From: Guillardia theta CCMP2712 | Taxonomy: Eukaryota; Protista; Cryptophyta | NCBI RefSeq assembly: GCF_000315625.1 | Contig: NW_005434657.1 | Span: 343,934 to 407,933, forward strand | Reading direction: 5' to 3' | DNA length: 64,000 bases | Part shown: in pieces, positions 1-12,104 of the stretch | Numbering within the stretch: the stretch's first letter is position 1 | How the letters are laid out: the number at the start of each line of letters is the position of its first letter | The notes under the pieces: generated by a model | Database searches by the model: none | Seen by the model: only the letters and a program-made list of their open reading frames with translations | What the model was told of the DNA's origin: nothing | Position numbers and translations under genes: made by a program

Positions 1-147
1 TACATGACGGGCAAGTCGGAGGATCGCCTTCCGACCTCTAGCACCTGCATGAACCTCCTGAAGCTCCCTCTTTACCCGAGCTCCTCCAACCTCCGCGACA
101 AGCTCCTCTATGCCATCACGGCTAACGCCGGGTTCGAACTCTCGTGA
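1..147 (+). CDS. 3' end of HECT E3 ubiquitin ligase (UBE3B/C, UPL6/7-like), partial
   Basis: Frame 1 reads ...[42 protein letters not shown], the HECT C-lobe with the catalytic Cys (LPTSSTC) and terminal GFELS. Confidence 0.93.
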   Translation, partial: YMTGKSEDRLPTSSTCMNLLKLPLYPSSSNLRDKLLYAITANAGFELS

Positions 148-742
148 GCATGCCATGACTCCGATGAAAGTACTTGGTCTTTCAAGTTAGTTGTACATAC
201 AGCAGTCGCGGTCTAACAGTAACTTGAGTAACTCCGGCCCGTGCGCGATCCGGCATGTTAACATGATGTACGGCTACTATGATGATGGACTACCGACTCC
301 GTGGATCTTGAAGTCTCCTCTTCCTCGGAGTTCATACTGGTTCCACTCATTTACAACAAGTAGAGATGCTGACTGTACAGTAACAAGTCATCACACTCCA
401 TGAGTTGAAAGTTAGAATGATGCGGCACTACAAGGTTGAATTCACTATGGTGCAACCGCCCTGCCGCTATTGTGAGACAATAAAATTGACAAAAACTAAG
501 GAAAGTATGACCTACTTTGATCCTACTGACATTTTATCTTTGTTCATTTTCTGNNNNNNNNNNNNNNNNNNNNNNNNNNNNNNNNNNNNNNNNNNNNNNN
601 NNNNNNNNNNNNNNNNNNNNNNNNNNNNNNNNNNNNNNNNNNNNNNNNNNNNNGTAGCACTTCGCGCCCCGTTGGCTCGAGTCTGAGTTACTAGTTAGCT
701 TCATCTTCTGCAAGCAGACACACTTGGGGACGGACACTTGAA

Positions 743-1705
743 ATGATTCCCTTGAGATATCTGCTTCTTGGCCTGGTTCCCGTCAGGGACGTCAAGTTAC
801 TAGCATCGCGGTCCCACTTGTTTGCCTGGTCAGCTACGAGGATGAGCTTGGGTCCTAGGACCTCACTCAGAGCACTTGACCCAACCTTGTCAGCTACGAG
901 GATGAGCTTGGATCCTAGGACCTCACTCAGAGTACTCCCAACCTTCTCAGCCGCTCGCGGGCGGGCAAGGATCTCAGCCACAAGCTCTTGGAATTCATAT
1001 CTCAATCTGGTGTGCGGGATACTGGGGGTTGATGATGCGGCGAAAACGAGCTTTCATGTGTATTTTGTTGCACTGGAGCTGCACAAAAAGGACTTGGAAA
1101 AGGAGCTGGGGCTGCAGAATGAAATGGAGGACAAGATGCAGAGGAATCAAAAGTACCTTGCCCATTACTACAAGCGTGAAATATCCACCTTCACTCAAAG
1201 GTGTGCGTCTTGATTGAGATCTGCAGAATGATATTGATAACGCAGATGCGTCCTTGAGGAGCTGTTCAGGGAAGTAGTGTGCATTGTTCAAGATTCCGAG
1301 GATCATGCGCTTCAATCTATGTTGCCGAAGACGGTTCTCAATACGATGCAGAGAGGAGAGATTTCTATGTCTGACGTATTTCGGCTCTTGAACGATCCGG
1401 AACACGCAAGCTTTCGACGGAATGTGTGGAAAACGATCGGGTTACCACAGGACCTTGTGTTACCCCCGTTTGATCCAAGAACGATGATGTATGTGCAGCT
1501 CGCTGAAATGATACGCTGTTCACCAAGAAAGTATGTGTTTCTACATTCAAATGCAGATGACAGAGAGATCAGATTTTTCAGCGAGGTTGCAAAGCGTTTC
1601 GAGAAGAAGGTAGACTATTTCGACCCCGTGTCGGCATTTGCGGGAGAGATGATCCTGGAAGCGGATGATTACTTCCCGCACAACCGAACGAATTTTGAAC
1701 CCTAA
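743..1705 (+). CDS. hypothetical protein (at least 2 exons; 5' end uncertain, next to a gap)
   Basis: ORF 743-1213 joins ORF 1277-1705 in frame through a GT-AG intron at ~1201-1245 (...FTQR|CVLEELFREVVCIVQD...). No recognised domain. Confidence 0.5.
830..945. repeat. 60-bp tandem duplication (~2 copies)
   Basis: tcagctacgaggatgagcttgg(g/a)tcctaggacctcactcagag recurs at a 60-nt offset (SATRMSL.PRTSLR twice in the ORF). Confidence 0.9.
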
Positions 1706-2223
1706 ACCCAGAAGTCCAGGCCATGACTGGGACGGTCGGTTATCGTCTTCCCTTGCCGTGCATCGGGTTGTTCCGAGTCGGCCTTGTGCTCGGAGTCCTA
1801 CCGCAGCAGTGAAGTGCTGCAGGGCCCGGGAGAAAGGCAGGATGTAGACGTCACGGTGTTGTGTGAGGTGTTGGAAGTAAAGAGTTAGTTTTGTTGCTAC
1901 GGAGTCTGAGCATGACTAGCCGACTAGCCGTACCACTGCGGCAGAGTGACTCAGCTTCCGCCGGTAGCATTCAAGTGTCGCGGCCACGATCTACTAAGAT
2001 GATATTCAGGTAGCGGCCCGTCAGCGGTACCGTGCCACTGACGGAACTTGGACACACTGACAAGTGAGAGAAACCCGACGATCGCACCGTGACTGCACTG
2101 CCTGCCGCACAATCATCGGATACAGGGATACCGTACGAATAGACTCGGCGAGTCGGAGAGCTGTCAACTGATAGCTGACTCACAAGGGAATCACATAATG
2201 CCGCAAACCGTGGTGACCGGACG

Positions 2224-4105
2224 ATGGCAGTGAGTGCGAGTTTGGACAAGTCGATCTTCGTGTGGGATCTCTGCAAGCTGAAGATGAAGGCTTGCCTCAC
2301 GGGTCACGTCGGAGGTATCAGGTGCATGGCGATGAGCACCGACGACCAGACGGTTGTTAGCGGGAGCGAAGATCACACGTTGAGGGTGTGGGACCTCAAG
2401 AAGTTGAAGCATAAGGCTTGTCTGACCGGACATGTCAGTGGTATCACTTGCGTTGTGATCAGCAAGGACGGGCAGACAGTCATCAGTGGAAGTGACGATC
2501 GGACACTGAGAATCTGGGATCTTGCGTCGACGCTGCAGAAGGCGTGTCTCACTGGTCATAACGATTGGGTCAGTATCGTCGTCATCAGCAAAGACGGGCA
2601 GACAGCCGTAAGCGGGAGCTGGGACAAGACGATCAAGGTGTGGGACCTCAAGGAGATGAAGGAGAAGGCTTGTCTGACTGGTCACACTTAAGGAATAAGT
2701 AGCCTGGTGATAAGCAAGGACGGGCGGAGAGTTGTGAGCGCAAGCAACGACTACACTCTGAGGGTGTGGGATCTTGCGTCGACGCTGCCACAAGCGTTGT
2801 CATGAGCAAAGACGGGCAGACAGCCGTAAGCGGGAGCTGGGACAAGACGATCAAGGTGTGGGACCTCAAGGAGATGAAGGAGAAGGCTTGTCTGACTGGT
2901 CATGGGGATTGGGTGTGGACGCTCTCCCTCCATTCGCGCAAGAGGACCGTTGGCTCGACGTTACACGTCGCAGCATCGCGAGGGTCCTGGCCTGTCTGCC
3001 AGGCTCTGCTGGAGCTGGGGCAGCAGAACTAGGAGAGCTGCGAGACTCGCTAGGACGGACAGCGGCAGAGGTAGCGCGTGAGAGGCACAATGAAAAGCTT
3101 GCGCAGCAGATCGAAGATTGGATGCGAGAGAAAGTGATCGAGGAGAGAGCGAGAGGTCTGGTAGACCAGTACCGGGCAGCGGACAGCCGAGGGCAGAGGC
3201 TGCTGAGCGTGGAGGAGTACGAGGCGTTGGTGATGCACACGCTGCGGGCGATGGGGGGAGGAGGAGGAGACGAGAGGCTCGACGAGCGGTTCATGTCGGA
3301 CTCGAAGACTCTCGTGTGCGGGGAGTTCAAGCATGCGGCGCGGGGGCTGGAGCAGCTGCTGCAGGTACCGATGAAGGAGGTTTACAGCAAGGTGCAGGAC
3401 GCGATCAAGAACATGCGGCAAGAGGTGGAAGCTCACGGGAGCAAGGAGCTGAGGAGAGACCTGGAGTACGTGCTGTCGGAGGCAGCGAGGGAGGAGGTGA
3501 CGAGCAAGGGCGTTCGGGACCAGGGTCATGAAGGAATGAGGCTCTGCGACTTCCTGTGCCACAAGTCCGCCAGAGTCGCGCGGCTGCGGGAGGAGGAGGT
3601 TGCGGCGCTGCGACTCTACACGCTGCCGAGCTTCCCGCACATCAACGACCCGCTGAGGGACCAGGGGCGGATAGAGAGGAGGGAGCCGCACCCGCTTCCT
3701 CTGATCACCTTCCTCATCGTCGAGGGGCTGAAGAAGCTGCGGGGCGTCGAGACCTCAAACAGTGTCGGGATGGAGTCTCGGGTGCTGTGGCGGGGGATGA
3801 AGAACCTGTCTGTGTCCCACGGGTTTGTGGAGAGAGGAGGGACGGAGCTCGTGCCGATGTCGACTTCGACTGAGCTGCAGGTCGCAGCAGCATACGGGAT
3901 GAGCCGGGAAACGCTGATCTTTCGCTTCAGAACCAAGAACAGCCTGCAGCGTGGTGTGGACGTGTCTTGGCTCTCGGCGTTTCCCAAGGAGGAGGAGGTG
4001 CTGTACCCTCCTCTGACGTACATGCAGCCCACAGGAAGGGAGCAGGAGGTTCAGGTTGGGATCGCGAGGTACAGGATCGTGGAGGTGGAGCCGACGACAG
4101 TCTGA
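2224..4105 (+). pseudogene. WD40-repeat + ankyrin + degenerate EF-hand + NAD:arginine ADP-ribosyltransferase (R-S-E clade); 5' part disrupted
   Basis: About 6 WD40 repeats (GH...SKDG...SGSxDxT..VWD). Lesions: in-frame TAA 2689-2691, ~34-nt deletion frameshift at ~2788, frameshift in the G run 3017-3020 within the ankyrin (LHVAASRG...LLELG / ...DSLGRTA). The ART frame is intact to 4105: LRLYT..FPHINDPLR, LWRG, STS, SAFPKEEEVLYPP. No introns. Confidence 0.82.
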
Positions 4106-4655
4106 GATGCAGCACGAGAGCGACCTGGAAGGAGGAGGAAGGGGATGGGAGGGTGGGGAAGAAGAACGAGGATGGGGAGGAGGAGCTGGTGCAGCACAGC
4201 AGCAATTGTGGGGGAGAGCTGGTGCCATGAAAGAGCACCTGACAAGTTTGTTGCGGGTTGTCATGGCCGGGGAGCGGAATCAGGGGAGGGAGGGAGAACG
4301 GTCGGAAGGAGGAGCTGCAGTCAGGCGGATAGGCAGACATGGGGGAGTTGCAGAGAGGGGAGAAAGGAGCGAGGAGGGGAAGGAGGATAGGAGGATAGGA
4401 GGAGGGCTGGACGAGTCAACTCTTGACGTCATCGGCCCCATCGGGTCAGAATCTGATCTCGCAGCGTCCTCGTATGGCAGCAGAGAAGGGCAGGGGGTAC
4501 CAGCCGCTCAGGACTGAAAGGTGTCAAGGGATGTACTGAAAGGAGGAGGAGGAGGAGGAGGAGGAGGAGGAGGCGGGGGAGGAGGAGGGGGAGGAGGGAG
4601 GGGGAGGAGGAGGAGGAGGAACGAGAGCACGAGCACGAGTACGAGCACAAGGATG

Positions 4656-5384
4656 CTACTGGCGACGGGGGTCGGGGCCGCTCGAGGAGACGACGATGTG
4701 TAGATGTCGAGGGGAGGAGGCAGAGGCCTCGAGCAAGGAGAACAGACCGTCCTCGAACGATCGCGTCCACTGCGAGGGGCGTCAGGAAGCTGGTAGAGGA
4801 TACGAGGAGCCTACCTGAGAGATGTCGAATAAACTGTCCTCACTCCCGCTCCTCCTCCTCCTCCTCAGCTCTGACTGTCGGAGCGGCAGTAAGTCTCCTC
4901 CTGCAACCTCTACCTCCTCTCACCCGCATCCTCTTCAAGTGTCGTCGTTCCCGCAGCAGCCTACGAGCATGTCAGCGCACCTTCCTCGCCCATCGCCCCG
5001 CTGTCTCACCTGACCGCCACGTCCTCCATGTCCCTGGCTTCGCGAGCCACTAACGCCGACATGCCATGAGCCAGCAGCAGACTGGAAGCGACCTGCGAGA
5101 CGCAATGTTCATCGACACCAGCAGGATCAGTGGTGGTGGTGGAAGAGACAAGGAGGCAGAGGAGGAGGACCAGGGGAGGCAGAGCAAGAGAAGGAGTAGA
5201 GAAGCAGGAGCAGAAGCAGGAGGATGGAAGTTACCCTCGCAGTCATCTTGAGCTCAGGGCAGGTGAGGACAGGGACGTTCGCCCAGATCAGCTCGACTGC
5301 GGTGCTGTGCGCATTGTAGGCGAGAGAGTCCAGGAATACATCCGTAGCTTGCTGCTTCCTGCCGGACACATCGAGATCGTGTGT

Positions 5385-5433
<49 letters not shown>

Positions 5434-5515
5434 AGGAGGAGGAGGAGGAGGAGCAGGAGCAGGAGGAGGAGCAGGAGCAGGAGGAGGAGGAGGAGGAGGA
5501 GGAGGAGGAGGAGGA

Positions 5516-5546
<31 letters not shown>

Positions 5547-8474
5547 ATCAACATCAAGTACTCACGCGATCAGATGCGTCTCACTCGGCAGCAGCCCCGT
5601 AATGACGACGCGGGAGGCATCGACACCCAGGGACTGCAAGATTGACTTGAGCGAGTCTGTTTGACATCTGTCAAGCTCTTCCTGCCCTCCTCCGACGGCA
5701 CCTGACGGCCCCTCGTACGGCAACATCGACATCAGCCAAAGGATCGAGTTCGGAACCTCCCCCATGACCTTGGCCCACACCTGCAGCAGCGTGACATGTG
5801 GACAGTCGGCGGAAGGGGAGCTGAGAAACCCTGAGAGTTCGCATGTCGAGCTTCTTCCAGTTGTTGAAGTTTGCGATCACGACGTCTGTGCTGACCCCCC
5901 CGGATCGCTTGACCCCCCGCTGCTCCGACTGAGCCCTGGCAACCTCCACAATCTCCCTCTTATGGGGAACCGAAAATTCTTCGTCCTAGAAGGGGGGGGG
6001 GGGGGGGAAGAGAGTCACAGGGGCCGGATGTCAAGGGGAGCAACCTGAAGACATTCAGGGTGCGTCTCTGAATAATCCTCGGTGACGTAGAAGCTGGGAA
6101 AGATTCAGCGTGAGAGGCTCGTGAGGACAGAGAAACTTCCGTCACCTCCTCGGCATCAGCAGAAGCTTCTCCTGGTAGTCCTGCACGAACTCCGGAGGGC
6201 TGCAGACCTTGTCCGTGACTGAGAAGAGGTGGGTCCAGTCAGACGAGGTCAAGTCAGACGAGGTCAAGTCAGACGAGGTCAAGTCAGAGGAAGAGGAGGA
6301 GGAGGAGGAGGAGGAGGAGGAGGAGGAGGAGTCTGTGAGCGAGGCCACCAATGAAAGGCTCAAAATCTGCTCCCATGCTCCCCACAAAATTCTTGTAGTT
6401 AATCTGATGCAACGTGAGAAGACAAAGACAAAAACGAACAAAGGCAGGCATGCACACAGGGAGGAAGCAAGTACTATCATGGTAGGAGAACTAGCAGGCA
6501 ATGGAGAAAGCTGAGCAGAAAGCAGCAGAGGGAGCTGGAGGGGAGCTGGAGGGGGAGCTAGAGAGGGAGCTGAAGGGAGAGCTAGAGGAGGAAGGAAGAG
6601 AGATCAAGTTCGCATCTCACCTGCAACATCGCCGGCTGCAGCGCGAGGATGCGGACTCTGCTGCCAGACATCCACCCGTTGAGATCGACGAGGACGTGCA
6701 GCCTTTCCTTGTTCACTCTCTCCGCCCCCTGGGTCCCCGGACGGCATCAGCCTCTTCCCTCCCTCCCTTCCTCCCTCCCTCCCTCCCTCCCTCCCTTCCC
6801 GCACGTTCATCAGCAGCCAAGGCTCACCTCCACATCCGACAGATGGTGCAGGGGCACGAGGCCGCTGCCGCAGGCTCGGCTCGTCTTCTCCCTCCACTCC
6901 CTCGCCCTCTGCGCCGGGTTGAGACGGCCGAGGAGCCACCGGCAGGACAGACGCACCAGAGAACCCTCAAGAGGGTCCTTGAGCATGAAGCACACGGGCC
7001 GAACCCTCCTCGCTGAGTGCCGCTCAAGCACCTAGGGCGCCAGCGTGTCAAGAACTGCCCCGGCAGGTCAAAGTTCGTTCACCGCATGGATCTCCCTGCC
7101 AACGCTGTTGTCCCCCCACTCTGACGTGATGTATCCCACGGAGATCCTCCGGTCTGACCAAAAGGCGTCACAAAACATCCTCTATCGCTCTCGTCCCTCC
7201 ATCGCTCGACCCCCACGGCTACCTGGGCTGTTGGGCAGCAGGTCTTCCAGACGCCTCACACTGAGACTTTTCACACCCCTCAACGCACTTCTCTCCCTCA
7301 CAGCCGCGCTGCGAGCCACCTGTGCGATGATGATGTTGACGGGAGGACAGGGAAAGAGCAGGCTCCAGCTGACTTTACCATGAGCGCTTCCAAGGGAGTT
7401 AACGGAGAGGCTAAGGCGGAGAACGGGGATATGCACTGGCTGGCTGGCGGCGAGAACGACTGCAGATGGATCATCGGGAGATGCTGAGCAGCAAGGAAGA
7501 AGTTTGAGTACCTGGAACAATTGACGGAGAACTCTGGACAACCGCTGATATCTCTCCTGCTGCCCTCGCAGCTCGATGTTTGAGTCCTGAGCGTTCACCA
7601 GCAGGCACAGCGCCTGTGAGCCGTCAGGAGTTTGAGCTCTAGAACATCACATCACCTGCGCATCGTTCTCTCTCCCCCCTGTCATAATTCTTTCCAGCGC
7701 CGAGATAGCGACCGAGTAATGGTGGAACAGCATGGAGAGCCGGGCTTGATAGATGTACGTCTCGTATTGCACATGGTCCGATCCCTTCGATCGCCTTCTT
7801 ATCCTGACGATGCTGCGCAAGAGCTGTGCTGCTCGAAAACAAGACTCGTCTTGCTGCGAGCTCGCAATCTGCACGATGGATTTTTGAAATATCGACCCCA
7901 CGGATTGCGACCCTTCTTCCTCCAGTTCCCGAAGCTGTCCGTGCATCTTCGATCCTTCGGACAGATAGTCGTGCAGAGACAACCATCGGAGAGCGAGCGA
8001 GTAGTTCTGAGAGCAGAACAAGGATGCCGTAGTCTGAGCAAGGATCGACAGACGCGATCCAGCGATGCCATGCCTCTCTGCTATCACCCTGCTCAACGCG
8101 GGAGCGACGGTTCTAGATATGTTAGAGTCGAACAGCTTGTTCTTCTTTCTCGGCCTCACGGCAGATGAATCGAACGTTGGAGCAAAGACAAGCATCGCAA
8201 GATGGCGATCGAATCGCCTCAGGCAGGAAATCGCCCTCCAGGTCGTTGCTGCCTTCCCCTCTTTGATGCTTCCAACAAGCCTGTAGCAACATGTCATTAG
8301 GTGCCAGCAAGACATCAAGTCTCTTCTCTACCTGCTCGAAACTTCATACACAAATTCCTGCTGTTCTGCATCGTGATGCTCCGAGTGTTTCCCAGCCGCA
8401 TGCCGCATTCCACCATCTCCCCAGGACAGCACCAGCAAAGTGACAAGGAGGGTGGGTCGTTTCGGAAGATACAT
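4656..8474 (-). CDS. Glycosyltransferase family 41 (O-GlcNAc transferase/SPINDLY-like), multi-exon
   Basis: Exons encode ISVGYITSEWGDNSVG, VTDKVCSPPE..YQEKLLLMP, ANFNNWKKLD, WAKVMGEVPNSILWL, DVFLDSLAYNAHSTAVELIWANVPVLTCPELKMTARV and terminal WTRSFEDGL...RRQ*. Putative start MYLPKRPTLLVTLLVLSWG. Confidence 0.85.
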
Positions 8475-8923
8475 CGATTCTTGAGCTGTCCTCCTCAGGA
8501 AACTTGAGAGAAACTTCTCTTGTGTGTCTCCTTCCTTGTTTCTCCTCCTTACATCCCGTTTCTTCACTCTCTTCTCCCCCACCCGCCCCTAATCCCCCTT
8601 CCCTTCATCGCCATGTAAAGAAGCGCCATGGTCTTATCGTACGAAGTCCGCCTCAGTGAAGTCGGCTTGAGCGGGGATGAGGCCCGGCCTCAGCGGTGCC
8701 CGGCCAGTCACCGGCGGTACTACCGTGGGCCCGGCCTCGGACTCGGCGACGGTCCGGGACTCAGTTACTGCCGCGCAGTGCGGCCCAGCGGCACTGTGAC
8801 GCACGCCCCGGCCCTGTGTCATTGTCCGGGTCACACGGCTCCGGGAAGCGGCAGTCAGGGCCGAGATAGTAAGGGGATGAGGGGGGACGTGAGGAGGCCC
8901 GACAAAGTAAAGCGTTAGAGGGG

Positions 8924-11411
8924 ATGGCGCCGGGGAGGCTGGTGATGGAGATGAGAAGGAGGCAGGCGATGGAGAAGAACTTCGATCGCCAGCTCCTTCA
9001 GCCCAGCGCTTCTCCTCTTCCTCAGGCTCGGCCGCTAGAGAGCCCTCCAGCATGGTAACCATGGCCGCGCTGTGATGTCGGACCACTGGATGACTGTTAC
9101 GTGCGGGCAGGATCCACCTGTTGGAAGACAAGGTGCGAAGTCAGACGGCACCCTCGTGGGAGTACGACCAACGTGGAGGACGTGGGATGGAGTATGAGAG
9201 GAAGTTGAAGGAGAGGTTCGAGTCCCTGCAGCGATCCAGCCACGGGGTAAGGAACTAATCCCTCCTGCCTCCGACGCTCCTCCCCCTCCCATGATGAAAG
9301 TTTTCTCCCCCTCCCTTGACCATCCGCACAGGTTGAGGCGCATGGATGGAGAGCGCAGCAGCAACATCCTCCCACACCGTCTCGTCCCTCGGAGAAGCGA
9401 GGCCATCCCTCCTACCTGGAGAACGGCGAGATGCTGACCATAGACTCTGCTGTGAGCGGAGCCTTGTTTGCCTGGGGAGGGGAGGAGGAGGAGGAGGAGG
9501 GTGCTTGACTGCCTGCCTACCGCAGGCTCCAACTCCCTTCTTCCAGTCACCGACCCACGAGGACTCGCAGCATTTTATCCCGTGAGTTCCCATGACTGTC
9601 GCTGGTTCCTCTTTACTCTGGGTCGGCCCGCAGGTTTGGTCAGCAGACCTCTCCAGCGGTGAATCACAGGATCCAGGTGCTCCTCCTCCCTGTCCACCGT
9701 GAGAAGTTTGACAAGGCGCAGGATCAGAGTCTGGCACCAGCTCTGAGCTTCGAAGGTGAAGACAGGAGGCGAACTGACAGTCCTGTAGACCTGAGCTGCT
9801 GCCCAGGAGGGGATGGCGTCAGTCCCAACCAAGAGGCGGTTGGGGAGGAGGAGGGGGAGGGGGAGGAGCACAGGACTACCCGAGCTCGAGCGGATCCCTC
9901 GCTCAAGATTCGACGGCGATCAAGTGCTGTCCAAGTCCGGACGCACCTCATCGCTACCACCAAGGAGATCCCCCCCTGGCAGCACCTCAAGCCTCCTGCC
10001 AACCCCATGTACCTGCGGCCCGTGACCAAGCCTCGCTACCGCACCGATGTCTGGAAGATCCTGCCTACCGTGAGTCTCTCCAGCTCGACTCTCTGCCAGC
10101 TCACTCTCTTGCTCGCAAGTTCCGCGGCAACGTCAGCATCATGTCGAACAAGGGGACACAGGCGGAGGAAGGGCAGTATGCTCCCTCGCTCGATATCCCC
10201 GGTAGGTGCTGCGCTGCCGTCGAGCCTTGTTCTTCCTCTCTGCGTACCCTCCTCCTATGTCCAGCTGACATCAGCTGACGTCGAGCTGACCGGCGTTGAC
10301 AGGAGGGTCCTACTCCTGGAGGCTCGCCAGGTCTCACGCGGAAGGACGGTCGAAGACGCCCTGGATCTCGGGAGAACACCACAAGTTCCATGGCAGGCCC
10401 AAGGAGCCGGACTTCCGCCAGCAGGAGCGCGAGTTTGCTCTCAGCTGCTACACCCTCAGCAACTCCCGGTCCAGCACCTCCTCGCCTCTGGCGGCGAGGA
10501 GCAGCTCTCCTCGGAGCTCATCAGACCTGCCGGCGTCTCCTCCGGGCATGTGAACCAGCCAAGGAGGAAGGTGACTAGAACCTGCTGCCTCCCCTCCTCC
10601 TCTCACGATGCGCCGTAGCAAACAGAGATGCTGAGTAGGACGATACATTCCCAAGGCGTCCAGCTCGACCCTGAGGCCAGCTGTGACTCGGTTGCGAGTG
10701 TTGAGTCCGGGTGGAGCAGCAGCGGCAAGCAGCACCTGCAGTCCCACTGACTCTTCTACTGCAGATTCCCCGCCGCTGCTCTCCTCCCCGGCAGTCTGAA
10801 AGAGAGCGTCAACGACTACCGGCAGTCTCTCCGACTTGCTGAGATGAAGTGAGGGAGACTGAGGGGTTGGAGGGAGGGAGGCAGGAGGGGAGGGAAGGAG
10901 GGGAGGGAGGGAGGAGGGGTTTCAGGGAGGGCGGCAGGAAGGGAGGGAGGGAGGGAGGGAGGAGGGGTTTCAAGAAGGGCGGCAAGAGGGGTACGGCCTG
11001 ACGGAGGATGACAGGGAGCGGGAGCCAGAGCTGTACGTGGAGTCTCGACGCGTCTCGCTGGAGAGGCTGAGGACTTGCAAGCATGACCTCGCTCTGACCC
11101 TGAGGCCGCACGGAGGTACCGAGGGGATCAAGACCTCTTCCTCCTACAGGCTGTTGGGTACCCACGTGCTCTGCGATGAGGAGCTTCGAAGTCGCTCCTC
11201 CTCCCTTGGCAGTCGCACGACCCTCCCCTCCCAAGACTCCTTCAGCTCCAGTCCCAGCACGCGTCCCCCGTCGCTGCTCGGTGCTCAGCTTGAGCTTCTG
11301 GTCGCAGCTGACGGCGCAGGCAACGTAGAGGAGAGTCTCCCTTCCGACCTGAGCGAGCTGAAGCGACTTCGCCTTGAGGCAGAGTCGGTGGCCTACGGGT
11401 GGAGGTGCTGA
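8924..11411 (+). CDS. hypothetical low-complexity multi-exon protein
   Basis: Chain of coding-like + strand segments with GT-AG introns, from MAPGRLVMEM to ...AESVAYGWRC*. No recognised domain. Confidence 0.45.
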
Positions 11412-12104
11412 AGGAGGAGGAGGAGGAGGAGGAGGAGGAGGAGGAGGAGGAGGAGGAGGAGGAGGTGGTGGTGGTGGTGGTGGTTGTGGTGGTGGTGGTG
11501 GTTGTGGTGGTGGTGCGGAGTGTGGATGGTATTGACGATGTTAATGGCTCATATTGATGATGATGATGACGACGACGACGACGACGATGATTGATGATGA
11601 CGATGATGATTATGATTATGATGATGATGATGATGAATAGGAGAGTGCTGTAGAGCTGAGAGCGAGGAGTGTTGCACTAGTCGGAGGCAAGAGGTTTTCC
11701 TCACAGTTCACTCGCAAGGTATCGGAGAGACTACACCTCCCCATCGCAAGCCAACGGCAGGTTGTGTCTGCGGCTCTTGCGCGTCGAGGGTCTAATATAC
11801 ATGTCAAGGTTCAGCCACTCCTTCTGGAAGAAGAGCAGCAGCGATGGTCGCGCCATGTACACGGCAGGCAAGGAGCCTCCCTCCTCCTCCTCCATCTGCA
11901 TCCGTCAGGCGATCTGAGGCCTCGGGGGTGAGGAGGCTCGGAGGAAGGAAGAAGAAAGTTTTCCGGAGGGCAGAGAGGCGACGGCTGGGGTTACTGCATG
12001 CTCTGTTCACCGAAGAGAGGAGGAGGAGGAGGAGGAGGATGATGGGAAGGAGGAGGAGGAGAGTTTTTGAATGGAAGGAGGAAAACTCACATTGGTCCTT
12101 TCCT

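Noticed and set aside
2689-2691. TAA read-through or an alternative genetic code in the WD40 frame
   Set aside because: TAA terminates PP5 normally (63369-63371), and two additional frameshifts occur nearby. Decay is the simpler explanation.
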